Source: Octopus sinensis (taxonomy: Eukaryota). From it: 64,000 nucleotides of DNA. The stretch lies in contig NC_043014.1 of NCBI RefSeq assembly GCF_006345805.1, forward strand, positions 34,472,001-34,536,000. Reading direction: 5' to 3'. Below, in pieces: positions 37,715 to 51,368 of the stretch. The notes under the pieces were generated by a model. That model was given only the letters and a program-made list of their open reading frames with translations. It had not been told where the DNA came from and made no database searches. Made by a program: the position numbers and the translations under genes. Within the stretch, counting starts at the first letter, position 1, and every line of letters begins with the position of its first letter.

Positions 37715-38880
37715 CATATATACGACAGGCTTCTTTCAGTTTCCATCTACCAAATCCACTCACAAGGCTTTGGTCGGCCTGAGGCTATAGTAGAAGACAC
37801 TTGGGACTGAACCCGGAACCATGTGGTTGGTAAGCAAGCTACTTACCACACAGCCACTCCTGCGCCTATATTCTGTTTATATTCTCCTCTAACCCGGATC
37901 ATCCTTATTCAGTCTATAAGTCCACATACCTTTATTCCTTTCTTACTTCCACTCTCTAAGTCATTCCTCCCTTTCCCCCCCTTTGTGTATCATTCAGTCT
38001 ACAGTTTTCCATCTTTGTCTCTTTTTCTCTCACCAATTCTTTTTCCCCACGGCTAAATACGTCATTTATATAAAATGTAAGTAAAATAGAAATACTTTTT
38101 TGAATTAATTACAATACATAATATCATGGTCACTGCCAAGGGCATATTCATGACTCCTGTTCTTTTGTCATTCGTTAATTGATATGATTGCATACACATT
38201 TACACACACACTATATGTGTGTGTGTATGTATGTGTGTGTGTGTGTGTATTAAAATCTATGAGGATTACTTAATAGAATTTTTGAAGTGTAAAGGTGATC
38301 TTAACAAAATATGTTATGAATTCTTTTATGAGGATGTTACTAACCTTTTTTGAGAAGAAATTTTTTCCTGGTGTGCAAGCACTTTTCGGGAAGGCCATTT
38401 TTTTCTTGCCAAATAAACACATGCACTATATATTCATTCTTCACTCATTTATTATTATATATTTTCATTGTCTGGAAATCTTTCGTCACACACCTGTGAC
38501 TTCTTCCATCCCATGTGTCTCCTGTTCTGTTTAGTCCACAGGCTCATAAAACCAGTTTCCAAGATTCTGTGGCACACACACACATACACACCCACACACG
38601 CACATACACACACACACACACATGCACATTAATCTAAGCCTGAAAGAGATGTGTTTCTGTTAGAGGCCTGTGAATCTTGGTCACATTGAGCCCAATCAAA
38701 CCATTTTAAACAATAATAATAACAAAACAACAATAACAACAACAACAACAATATATATGTGACTAAAGTGGAGTACCATGGAAGATGTGCTCTCAAGGCA
38801 CACTACTAGGGACACACCCAAAACAAGGTTGGAATTCTACATTTTAAAGTCTCTTATCTAAACTTTGATTTTAAACATAA

Positions 38881-38914
<34 letters not shown>

Positions 38915-38934
38915 TTTATTTGGTAGTTTAATTA

Positions 38935-40145
38935 CAGCTGAATTACCCAGTAATACCCGGAAAAGCAGGGGTTATTTCTAATTCCTATTCCCATTACCCT
39001 GTTTCATGTCCTATCCCATTCCCTGTTCAGTTCCTGTTTTAGTTCTGCTCTCCTCTCATTCCTATCGCCAATCCTATATCAATTGATAAATTTTAGAATC
39101 AGTTAAGTGAAATTAAGCCATCAAATATTTTGTTAACATTTATGATAATAGTTTATTGCTAAAAATAGGTATTACAAACTATTAATATGATTAGTGGGTG
39201 AATGAGGAATGTCCCTATATTATTTTAACAAATTAATACGCTTCTGAGTAAAATAAATTAGATAAATAGATAGATTTACAAATACATTGACAAGTAGTCC
39301 ATGTATTGTAGCTGGCATTGTTGCATGTTGTAGCTTATAGTAAACATGTGAAACAGTCCCCTTCCCAAGGACACCCATTATAAATTTTTATTGAAATCCA
39401 ATTCAACTATAATTGAACTGGATGTTAGGAAGAAATAAATAACAAAATTGGATTTAATGTGGAAAATTATTTCAATATACCAAATTTGAAAATTTTGATG
39501 TAATTTTAAAATCTCACAATATGTGACAGCACCAGGGAAAACCCTACAAAGGTAGAGAGACAGACAGTTATAGGACATCACACACAAACACAAGCAAACA
39601 ACACAAATTTACAAACGTACACACAGGTAATCACTAGTTTAAAATGGTGTAGACATATGTATGTATCTATGTACATATGTATATATATGTATATGTGTGT
39701 GTGTGAATGTTTCTTTGTGATGGACAGCAGAAAAGTTACCTTAAAGCTACGTATTCCTCACACTCACCTTTCTGTGTGTGTGTGTGTTATATCCATGTAT
39801 TTATGAAAGTATGTATGCAGCGTCGCATACATATGACAGCTGTATTAATGTTAACATCCCATTGCCACCACTGTTCTCACCTTCACTGATATAAATCACC
39901 CTTACTTTTCTCCTTCCTTTCTCTCTGACAAATACTTTTTGCAACCATCTCATTTTAACATATAATTTTCCCAGCGCCCTGGGGCGGGGGAACATTATAG
40001 ATTTTTATTGAAATCCAATTAACTTATTATTGAACTGGATGTTAGTGTAACATGTGTGCAAAGTTTCGTGAATATTGTTTTGTTGGTTTAAACACTAAGA
40101 TGGTAACAGACAGACAGAAATTGCCATTTATGCATTATATATATA
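38935..40145 (-). mobile_element. Non-autonomous Helitron-type element
   Basis: AT-rich 5' end with (CTGT)n near 40100-40145, decayed GC hairpin 3' end near 38935-38965, internal ~50-bp direct repeat (about 39380 and 39998). Confidence 0.4.
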
Positions 40146-40499
40146 TATGTAGTTATGTAAATGTTAGGTTTGCTATCCACAATATTCTATATTGTGGAAA
40201 TGCTCCATGGCTTCAACCTGTGAATTATGTCATTGCATATAAATCTTGGTGGAATGAAGTCGCAACATTAGTTCATCTGCAGGTGCTAGTGTTTGTTGTA
40301 AATGGTATAAAGAAAGGTAGATTCTGCAATGTGCTTGACCAGATCATTAGAAAAATATCTGCTGATCACCTTTTCCTTCTTTGAGTTTGATCAAATGATA
40401 TTGCATGGGATAAAATTATAGGCAGTCATAGAGTTGGGAATAGAAATGCCAATAGCATACTTTTACCCAACTGTGTTTCTTATAACCTTGTCATCACCA

Positions 40500-41120
40500 A
40501 TACGCTGTTTTTGCAGAAAAACAAATACAAAACAATATCCATGCTCTGAACACTGGCACCAACTTGATCAAATTACAGGAAACCAATGAAACTTACGTGT
40601 GCATTTCATACTTCACTCCTCTAGTGATGCACCTTTGTTTTGCAGTGCTTCTCCCCTGTTCATCGATTTTTGTGATGGTTGAAATGAAGGAACAGTGTGC
40701 TTCCATGAAATTCTGTTTTCTGCTGGGAAAATGGTGACTGAAACAGTTGTCATGCTTCAAACAGCTTACAATGAAGCTGTCATGAGCAAAACACAAGTTA
40801 ACGAGTGGTTTCCATACTTTAGGAATGGTCACTTGTCGCTTGAAGACTAACCTTGTTCAGGGCATCCGTCGACCTCCCAAACAAACGAAAACATCATGAA
40901 AATTCACGAACTGATCTTGGAGGACCATCACCAAACAATTGACGAACTTGTTGATATGACTGGTGTGTCCTGGAGCTCCTATCAACGAATTTTGCATGAG
41001 GAATTGCGAATTAAAAGAGTTGCAGCAAAATTTGTGCCTTGCTTGCTCATGGAAAATCAAAAGCCGTCATAACTGAATGCATGTCATAAACTGAAAGAAC
41101 AGCTGGAAGTCGATCTGTTT
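40500..41120 (+). pseudogene. Degenerate mariner transposase, N-terminal half
   Basis: From ATG 40675: MVEMKEQCASMKFCFLLGK.VTETVVMLQTAYNEAVMSKTQVNEWF..FRNGHLSLED*PCSGHPSTS...ELRIKRVAAKFVP; one frameshift and stops. Confidence 0.85.
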
Positions 41121-41309
41121 GGGTGGAAAGACACATCCAGTTTGTGGTTGCTGTGGAAAAGATGAAGTGAACTGAGCAAAGATTAAGTTAAGAGTAATGT
41201 GCCAAGGGACACATATATAGTGTGACTGTATCAAGTAATTTTGATAAAGGTTTTACATATCTGTGTGTGGTGTGCGATGTATTTTGTCTTAGGATGAGTG
41301 TAATTTAGT

Positions 41310-41510
41310 GCACAAATAAGAGAAAGAGAGATAGAGAGAGGGGGAGGGGGAGAGAGAAAGAGAGAGAGTGAGGGGGAGAGAAAAGAGAGAGAGGGAGGAG
41401 GATGGAGAGAAAGAGAGAGAGGGAGGGAGGGGGAGAGAAGAGAGAGAGAGAGAGTGAGGGGGGAGAAAAGAAAGAGAGGGAGGAGGGGGAGAGAAAGAGA
41501 GAGGGGGAGG

Positions 41511-41597
<87 letters not shown>
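41310..41597. repeat. Polypurine (GA)n / G-run tract
   Basis: About 290 nt of almost pure purines on +. Confidence 0.9.
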
Positions 41598-41599
<2 letters not shown>

Positions 41600-42325
41600 A
41601 CCTTAAACAAAGGGTTTCAGAATTTTATTAGGTTTTACTGAGAGAATATAAGTGAAAGATATTGATGTTGAAATCACAGCAGAAGAGAAGAAAGGAAAAT
41701 TTAACAGATGTCTAATGTTATAAGTAAGCCTGCTGCTATATTTTACCAGCACTACTGGACCATTATCAGTTAATTTGGTACACTGGTACATGCCCTTGCA
41801 AATTCCACATTCCTTTACTCACCACTTTTTTTTTTCCAGCTGGTATATTGGTTACAATTATGTTCAACTCTTTCATAGTTCTAATAATATCTATTACATA
41901 AGATGTAGTTCTGCTGATATCTGTTATGTAGGGTACCTGTATCTATGTGTGCATATCATAATCATTATTCTTGCATAGGTCAGAGGGAATTCACTAAGGC
42001 AGATGTCCTATAGCCAGATGTGCTTCCTGGTGCCTATCTTCTGTTTCCAAACGACTTAATATTTCTAGACACGGCTGGACATGTTTACCCAATAGAGTGA
42101 AAATAAGGAACATTGCATGATGCTGACGATTATTTATAACTCTCCAGTGATGTCAAGATTACAAGATACAAACATATTAAATACATGCATACATATATGC
42201 ATATATAAGGGACTACTTTTAGCTTCTGTCAACCAAACTGAGTCACAAGGCATTGATTGGGCCTGGATCTACAGTCGAAGACCTGCCTAATGTGCCACAC
42301 AGTAAGAAATGAAATTGAAACCACA

Positions 42326-42385
<60 letters not shown>

Positions 42386-42871
42386 CATCATCATCATCAT
42401 CATCATCATCGTTTAACATCCTTTTTCCGTGCTAGCACGGGTTGGACGGTTCGACCGGTGTCTGGGAAGCCAGGAGGCTGCACCAGGCTCCAGTCTGATC
42501 TGGCAGTGTTTCTACAGCTGGATGCCCTTCCTAACGCCAACCACTCCGCGAGTGTAGTGGGTGATTTTTACGTGCCACCTGCACAGGTGCCAGGGGAGTC
42601 CGATATCGGCTACAATCGGTCGGTGCTTTTAACGTGCCACCAGCACGGAAGCCAGCCAAGGCGGCGCCGGCATCGGCACGTTCGGATGGTGCCTTTTATG
42701 TACCACCGGCACAGGAACCCTGAAAGCAAAGGTCACTTCCTTTTCCCTCCCAGCAGTTAGACACAAAAAAAAACACAGATTTTGTTTGTACTTTGTTTGT
42801 ATATATAAATTTTCAGAATGAGATAAAAAACCAAAGCTGTGAAAGATTTTAGAACATTTGTAAATAGAAGG

Positions 42872-42917
42872 TCTTACAGCTGTTTCCGGGATATTTTATA
42901 TATCCCTTCATCAGAGA
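42872..42917 (-). ncRNA. Minimal type-I hammerhead ribozyme motif (Penelope-like element type), core intact
   Basis: Minus strand reads TCT-CTGATGA-A-GGGATAT-ataaa-ATATCCC-G-GAAAC-AGCT-GTA-AGA: 3-bp stem I, full CUGAUGA/GAAA core, 7-bp stem II, palindromic stem III ACAGCTGT, GUA cleavage triplet. Confidence 0.8.
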
Positions 42918-43078
42918 TGGTGTGAGAAGATGGTAAAGCAATAGTTATTTTAGATAAGATACGAAATAGAGAGAGAAGTGGAGGAATGAAATTAGATGTG
43001 AGATATGCAGGGATATTGCATCTGTAGACCCATTATTTAGGCAGAATGGTTTACATATAAGATTCCTGGAGCTTAACT

Positions 43079-43404
43079 TATAAAGACTCCGCCGGTTACG
43101 ACGACGAGGGTCCCAGCTGATACGATCAACGGAACAGCTTGCTCGTGAAATTAACGTGCAAATGGCTGAGCATTCCACAGATACGTGTACCCTTAACGTA
43201 GTTCTCGGGGATAATCAGCGTGACACAGAGAGTGACAAGGCTGACCATTTGAAATACAAGTACAACTCATTTTTGCCAGCTGAGTGGACTGGAGCAACGT
43301 GAAATAAAGTATCTTGCTCAAGGACACAACGCGTCGCCGGGAATCGAACTCACAACCTTACGATCATGAGCCGAATGCCCTAACCACTAAGCCACGCGCC
43401 CTCA
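43079..43404 (-). mobile_element. Young family-D tRNA-derived SINE with tail X
   Basis: Head GGCGCGTGGCTTAGTGGTTAGGG, GAGTTCGATTCCC; 13-bp TSD. Other D heads at about 26515-26650 (-), 35400-35545 (-), 49995-50350 (+), 52316-52450 (+). Confidence 0.9.
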
Positions 43405-43750
43405 CTGGAGCTTAACTATAGTCTGTCCATAGCACATACTCAGCATTACCTGACACCTTTGGGTCTTATTGACACCATTACCTCTCATAATCTCTCTTTC
43501 TCTCTCTCTCTATATATATATATATTACATGCATGTTTGCATATATTGGTGTATGTGTGCATGCACATTGAACATCTACAAATATACATACTATAAGCTA
43601 ATAATGAAACAAGTTTAAACCAATGGAATAAACATTACAATCCCTCACTTCAGAGTTTCGCCATTGTAATTCCTCAAATTTCAAAAAACACGTAATTACA
43701 TCCTAGCCTTCACAGTCCTTCTTGTTTGATTCTTTAAACCCCTATTCTTG

Positions 43751-43751
<1 letters not shown>

Positions 43752-43802
<51 letters not shown>

Positions 43803-44225
43803 ATGTATATATGTGTGTGGTATGTGGTGTGTAATATATATATATATCTATATATATTATATATATATATATTATATACATATAGATATATATAATATAA
43901 ATTAATAATATCTATATACATATATAACATATATATTATATATATATACTTATATATATATATACATATATATACATATATATACTTATATATTATATAT
44001 ATACATATATATACATATATATATATATATACATATATATACATATATATACATATATATATATAATATTATATATATACATATATTACATATATATACA
44101 TATATATTATATACATATATTACATATATATACATATAATATATATATATATATCTATATAACATATACATACATATATATACAGATATATATATATACA
44201 TATATATCCATATATTATATACATA

Positions 44226-44265
<40 letters not shown>

Positions 44266-44444
44266 CATATATATACATATATATATATACATATATATAC
44301 ATATATATATATATACATATATATATACATATATATATATATACATATATATATATACATATATATACATATATATATCATATATATATATACATATATT
44401 TATATACGATATATAATATATACATATATATACATATATAATAC

Positions 44445-44507
<63 letters not shown>

Positions 44508-44550
44508 CATACATATATACATACATATAATATATACATATATATAATAC

Positions 44551-44597
<47 letters not shown>

Positions 44598-44676
44598 CTA
44601 TAATATATCATATATATATATATATCTATATATAATACATCTATATATATATATATATATCTACACATATATATAC

Positions 44677-44708
<32 letters not shown>

Positions 44709-44764
44709 ATACATATATATATATACTACATATATATATATATACATACATATATATACATACA

Positions 44765-44804
<40 letters not shown>

Positions 44805-44880
44805 ATACATCATATATATACATACATATAATATCATTATATACATACTAATATATATAATATATATATATATATATATC
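43752..44880. repeat. ~1.1-kb (TA)n/(TACA)n mosaic microsatellite
   Basis: Almost entirely TA with interspersed CA; accounts for the spurious Y/I/M/C ORFs. Confidence 0.95.
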
Positions 44881-45176
44881 ACCGTCACCGTCACTGACCA
44901 GGCTATCAGATGTTGCTACACATCGCTGTTCACAATGCGCTTCGCATTGTTTTAGCCTTCAAAGGACGCCACCCCACTGGCTAAGCGGGCAGGCCAACAG
45001 AAGAAAGAGTGAGAGAAAGTTGTGGCGAAAGAGTACAGCAGGGATCGCCGTCACCCCCTGCGGGAGCCTTGTGGAGCTTTAGGTGTTTACGCTCAATAAA
45101 CACTCACAACGCCCGGTCTGGGAATCGAAACCACGATCCTACGACCGCGAGTCCGCTGCCCTAACCACTGGGCCTC

Positions 45177-45214
<38 letters not shown>

Positions 45215-45218
<4 letters not shown>

Positions 45219-47463
45219 CAGAGATACCCAGCATTGCTCGGGATTAAAATGACATTGCAGCATTGACAACAAAACATTTGTAGAGTAAATGATGGGCTAA
45301 TTCGGCTAAGCAACATGCTATGCATTCATTTGGAGTATTTCAGGCCCTAACCTGTGGGGGGTTTATGTGATTTTTGAATGCACTGAAAAGCTGTCTAGTT
45401 GGCACTGTGTCTAACATGACCCATCATCTGAAATGTTGACACCTCCTTCGGGTTTGTTGTCCTACATCACTCTTAAAGTAAATTTGGAGGAACTGTTGTT
45501 GTTCATTTGTGGGTAACAGGGAACCAATGAGGTGATAGACTTGCCCTTGAACCTTGATGTCGTCGTAAATTCATGTTTATCTACCTTCTTAGATGCATCA
45601 AACGATGTCATTTGCAGAGTTGTATTGTCTGAAAATCCTTTGACTGGATGGAAATGCCTTCTAGAAGATCCATAAGAGGTTGAGGAGGAGCTGGTAGTGC
45701 TGGCAATGTTACCTGACCACCTGAGCAGCACATACCATTTGTTTCATTTGAAAATTTTAAAGCTCTGCATAAATGACAATTTGTGTTTAGCACACCAATT
45801 TGGGCAGAGTTATCATTTTTACAAGAATGGGATGGAACAGATTCAAGAGTTGTGAAGAACGAATTTGTACGTAGTCTGTTTCTGAGAGCTTTTCTATTGG
45901 ACTTCTGTCTAATCAGTAAAATATTGATTAATGAACCAGCATTAACTGCTGCAACATGCATTTGCTGATCTTGAGAAAATCTCATCTAGCTTCTCTCTTC
46001 AGACTCTTGCCTTCGGTTTTCTACAATCCTCCTTGCTTTATACTTGTTTCTGGAGAGATTACGTCTTTTCTTTGGTAGCATATTTTTTCCAATATTGTAA
46101 ACAAAAAATTTTGAACATAGAAAGAAATTATACATTAATCCCTATTTTTGTAAGCAGTTGTAATCGTAAAAAAATTATTTGAAGAGAGCAGAAATTGAAA
46201 GATGAGAAAGCAAAAAGAACAGAGAAAGTGAAAGATGTATGTACGTCTATATGAAATGGGTGTGTGTGTGTGTGTGTGTGTGCGTGTGTATGCGTGCATG
46301 CATGTGTGTGTGTATGTGAGAGAGAAAGAGGGTGAGAAAGAGAGATAGAGTGAGTGAATGAAGGTGTGTGTCATGTTGATTGATATCTTATAGAGAATGT
46401 GACATCATCGTATAAAAATGTTTACGATAGTTGATTTATGGAAAAGATTATGTCAAATTTTTGAAATGCAAATATGTGAATGGATGTTAAGTTTAATTTG
46501 TAGCTGAAATAGTACTGAATCTTTTGATACCCCATACGTCAAAACCTGTAACTCGGTTTTAGTATGCATAAGGAATATATATATATATAGGACAGTATCT
46601 CACATTACAATAGAGGCGTAATACTGAAATAGTGTAAGAAATAAGAGATTGCTCTGGGTTCACACTAGGCAAGAAGTTGGAAATTATTTTGGCCCATGAC
46701 ACTCTTGGCTTTTGTATTTGACACCTGTTGCTTCAAGTATTTTATTTCGATTTTATGTATATATGTATGTGTAAGCCAATGAGGGAGACCTCTACATGGT
46801 AGCTAGACTTGGTAGAAATAGCAGCCAAATCTCCCTCAAAACACCATACTGTCTTAATCCGACAATTTTACCTATTATGTAGTTTGAATGAGAAACTGTA
46901 ACTAAAGAGAAAGATTATTAACCCCCAAATTTTACGCATTTTAATAGCAATCATTTATTTCTCTTTTTTGCTTAATTAGTAGTTTTTCATTTCAGATGTA
47001 AGGTGAAGAGGGTTAACTTGGACGGTGTTAAGTAGTGGAGATGTTTGGTGATTGTATGTGGTGATTACTTTGGACTGTTTCTTCTTAATAAGGATAATTG
47101 ATTGATAACGAATCTTAACACAATATATATACTACCACTTCAAGTGGAATTGGACGTCATAAGAGAGACAGCGTAGTGACGGTTTTGGCTGACTATCATC
47201 CTGTATGCCCCTTGTTGCTAGTGTAATGGTATGTGCTGGCTGTCTGAGCAACTGGTTGATTTTAATGGTGGAACAAACAGGACAAAAAGATTACAAAAAT
47301 AGCAATTCTCACTTTGAAACTAACAATTTTGAAAATCTTCTTAGATTACGGAATGCTCCACTCTCTCATATATTCATGTTTAAAATTTCAGCGTGATCGG
47401 ATGAATAATACTCGAATTATAAACGCACAAACAGACAGACAGAACAGATTTTAAATATTAAGA
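45215..47463 (-). mobile_element. Internally deleted Helitron with remnant of the Rep N-terminal zinc-finger region
   Basis: Minus-strand peptides CHLCRALKFSNETNGMCCSGGQVTLPALPAPPQPL and IKVQGQVYHLIGSL (45460-46090, broken by stops/frameshifts) are typical of Helitron Rep. 3' end: GC hairpin (45227-45242), 8 nt, CTAA|T at 45215. Candidate 5' end A|TC plus (GTCT)n at 47463; linking the two ends is inference. Confidence 0.75.
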
Positions 47464-48604
47464 TAAATAGATCAGAGACAGAAAATGGAATCCACAAGAT
47501 TCTTTATCGAAATCCACTACAATTGTTTTGACTTATCCAACACCTGTACTTCACAGGTGAGATACTGTATAATTGTCTTGCATCGCAGGTGCAGATTGAA
47601 TCTCCTTATAAGATATGTAGTTAATTAACTGTCAATTGGAGATACACAATTGCCAGAGAATAGACTGAACAGTATGTGGAATCAAAGGAATTATGATTAT
47701 AAAGAGGGTCATTGGAAGCAAGTGAGATGTGCTCAGTGACCAGTTGCCCCCTTATCTCTTGACTTATGACCCTTTCTTCTCTACTTTCTCTCTGACTTTA
47801 TTTGCTAGTCTATCTAGTTCTCCCTTCCTCTACATACTTATAATGGGTTTATTGCTAAGCAGAGATCAATTTAATACATCTTTTTGTATATCTAATAATT
47901 TGCTTATATCTTTGTTTCGAGAGCATGTAAATCTCTACCTTTATATGTCTGGGTTTTATTTTGATCTCATCTATGTTTTATGTGTGTACTATTCATGCAG
48001 TTTTGGTTACTTTTTCTGATGAGTTGTAGTGCACCTGAGCACTGTATACAATAAGTTCATTATTATTTTGTGTTGATGTTTTTATTTGTCTTCTTATTGG
48101 CGTATTTCATTTTATTACTTTTTGAGAAGTATGTCTTCTCTCTTAGTTTCTTATGAGAACTCCCAGTTTCTTATACAGCTAGATATGTATTCTTATAAAA
48201 TACCTAGATATGTATTCTTATAGAGCTAACAGAAATGGCTAGGAGAAAAAATGAGGCACTGGTTTAAAAAGTCACCTGAGGAAATGCAATCAGCACCTGT
48301 GATGCAAGACAATTGTATAGCATCTCACCTGTGAAGTACAGGTGCAGGATGAGTTGAAACAATTGTAGTGGATTTGTCATGAATTTCATTCTGTCTCTGA
48401 TCTAGTTATATAAACTTCATGGACATCAAGGAATCTCTGAAATAATTCTATTAGCATATGCATCCCTACTGTTGTTGACATCAGTTAGCCAAAAACTATG
48501 GACAAGCTTTACACAGCATCCTACAAGGTTTCTACCTGAATATAAATTAACTAATTATATATAAGAATATATAGTTATCTTTCTATCTATCTATCTATCT
48601 ATAT

Positions 48605-48810
48605 ATATGTGACCGTGTGTGTATTGTCGGCGATTATTTTTTCCTCCGTCTTCCTTTCCTTGGATCTTTCCTTTTCCTATGTTTCTGACGAAGAGCTCTG
48701 CTCAAAATGTTAAATCTTCCTTCTTTCTTTCCTTTCCTGAGCGTCCAATAACACTATACTTGTTCCACGTCCTCGCGTTGTGCTTTCTCTTTGTGTTTTC
48801 ATGTTTGGAT
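48605..48810 (+). mobile_element. ~205-bp Penelope-type LTR-like repeat with degenerate hammerhead at 48681-48715
   Basis: GTTT-CTGACGA-A-GAGC-TCT-GCTC-AAAAT-GTT-AAAT; whole element is homologous to 26725-26935 on the minus strand. Confidence 0.6.
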
Positions 48811-50116
48811 TAACTATATATATATATATATATATATACACAAAGCCACACACTGGGTAAAAGTACATTATCAAAGGAAAAAGAAACAATACAGAAACAT
48901 AAATCTAATGTCAAATAACAGAAGACTAAATACAGGTAGACAAAAGTTGGTTATATGAAATTCACCAGTTGAGCAGTTTTAAATAAGTAATAAGGACTGC
49001 CTTGAATTTTCTTCTCTCTTCTCTTTCCACATATGAATCTTTAGGTATCAACCTATTTTTAGTGGACTACTGTAGACTGTCCAGTTTTCTGCTTAATTAT
49101 ATAACTTATTTATAAATAACTGACTGTCCATTGTTTATTCCGTCTATCTATGGTATTGTTCTATAATTTCAGTAACGACGGAGAGATAGATATATGGACA
49201 TAAATGACGACTGACTGATGGATAGGGAGTTTGACTGGCTGATAGTTAATAGATAGATACAGGCTGATAGATAAGTAGATATACATATTGACAGATAAAT
49301 GTCTGGACAAATTGATAGATTAGATATAGGTATTGATGCATAAATATCTCAAAAGATAAATAGATGGATAGATAGATCTATCTATTAATGCAACCATTAT
49401 AGGAATAAAGATGTTCATATGTATATATTGGGTGTATGTATGTAAGAATATCTACCATCACTTCTGGCATTATCCTTACCACCTGCACTTTTGCTTCTGT
49501 TTGTATACATACATATTTATATTTATATATTTTTATACTTGAGGAAACTGGTGGGTGTGTCTTTTTTTGCCGATGCTGTCGCTAAGGACAATTTTATTGA
49601 TCTTCCTTGCCCTCACATCCTGGATACAGAAAACTTGCCATTGTCACCATTAACACCAGCACCAGCAGCATTACTGCCATCATCTTATGTCCTTTACATT
49701 ATCACCAATATCACCAGTATCGATAAAGTCTACATCTACCTTATCTGCAGCGTCATCTCCCTCACCATGACTACCATTAACAGCAGCAATTGATCATCAT
49801 TTTTGCTACTGCTAACACTATCAACTATAATACCATCATCATCATCATAAACACCACTGTTACCATCATCATTACTACTATTATTATCACTACCACCACC
49901 ACCACCACCACCACCATCATCATCATTACAGCCCTTTCCATTTCTGTGTGCCAATACCACCTTCATCTTTATCCCCACTACTATTACCACTGTGGAAATG
50001 TGTGGCTTAGTGGTTAGGGTGTCAGCATCATGATCGTAAGAGTGTGGTTTCAATTCCTGGACCAGGCGACGCATTGTGTTCTTGAGCAAAACACTTCATT
50101 TCACGTTGCTCCAGTC

Positions 50117-50317
50117 CAGTGGTTTTCAACCAGGGTTCCGCCAGTACAGTCCAGGGGTTCCGCAAGAAGTTACAAAACTGCTAAAATCGGCAGTAATTTT
50201 TAATTCTCCTGTGCAGATATGTGTGCATAAGACTATTAAATTATTGCACAGGGGTTCCCCGAGCCAGTGGAATGTTTCCTTGGGGTTCTGCTCCAGCAAA
50301 AAGTTTGAAAAGCATTG
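50117..50317. mobile_element. hAT-type MITE inserted in a SINE
   Basis: TIR CAGTGGTTTTCAA / TTGAAAAGCATTG; 8-bp TSD CTCCAGTC / CTCCAGTT; splits a family-D SINE (about 49995-50460). Confidence 0.8.
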
Positions 50318-50690
50318 CTCCAGTTCACTCAGCTGTCAAAAATGAGTAACGCTGCGATGGACTGGTGTCCCGTCCAGCTGGGGAACACATACGCCATAGA
50401 AACCAGGAAACCAGGCCCATGAGGCTGGATAGGCTTTAAAAGGGCACATTTATTTATTTTACTATTACCACTGTCATATTATTTACCCCCTTGTCCCCGT
50501 TTGTCAGTGCAACTTCCTCCAGTTTCTGATGTCTTCATATGAAACAAAACACACAGGACCTGTTACCAATAAAACATATTGAAACTTACAACTAGCACTT
50601 TGTGTTCTTTATTTTAAGTTACTTATCCAAGCTCTTCCAAACAATTAACTCTAAGACTTGTGGGTATATGTGTGTGTGTGTGTAGGTATA

Positions 50691-50722
<32 letters not shown>

Positions 50723-51145
50723 ATAATCATCATTGTTAACGTCCGTTTTCCATGCTAGCATGGGCTGGACGGTTCGACCGGGGTCTGGGAAGCCAGGAGG
50801 CTGCACCAGGCCCAGTCTGATCTGGCAGTGTTTCTACAGCTGGATGCCTTTCCTAACGCCAACCACTCTGTGAGTGTAGTGGGTGCTTTTTACGAGCCAC
50901 TGGCACAAGTGCCTGGCGAGGCAGGCAACGACCACGATCGGTTGGTGCTTTTTATGTGCCACTGGCACGGAGGCCAGTCGAGGCGGCACTGGCAACAGTC
51001 ACATTCGGATGGTTCTTTTACATGCTACCGGCACTGGTATCACAACTGCAATTTCCATTGATTTTTTGAAAATTGCATATATATATATATATATATAGAC
51101 ATACATATAGACATACATACAAACATATGTGTATATATTCATGTA

Positions 51146-51368
51146 TACAAGGGGTTACTGAAAAGTTCCTGGCTTTGGATAAAAGAGAATACAAGAGGAC
51201 CAGTTAATTACGGTTTTATTCAATATACTCCCTTCTCAAATTCACACACTTATTGCAGCAATCCTCCATTTTTTCTAAGCCCTATAAAAGAACTCAGAAG
51301 GTTGGACCTTAAACCAGGCCTTTTGTGATATCCGTAAAGCCAGGAACTTTTCAGCATCTGCTCATTTA
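51146..51368. mobile_element. Mariner-type MITE
   Basis: TIR cores CTGAAAAGTTCCTGGCTTT and AAAGCCAGGAACTTTTCAG; TA dinucleotides at both flanks. Confidence 0.7.

Larger units (their letters stand above)
42800..43490 (-). mobile_element. Penelope-type LTR-like element carrying the intact hammerhead, interrupted by a SINE
   Basis: Aligns with segments at 23808-23882, 23941-24200 and 24267-24350. SINE insertion with 13-bp TSD CTGGAGCTTAACT (43066-43078, 43405-43417). Confidence 0.6.
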
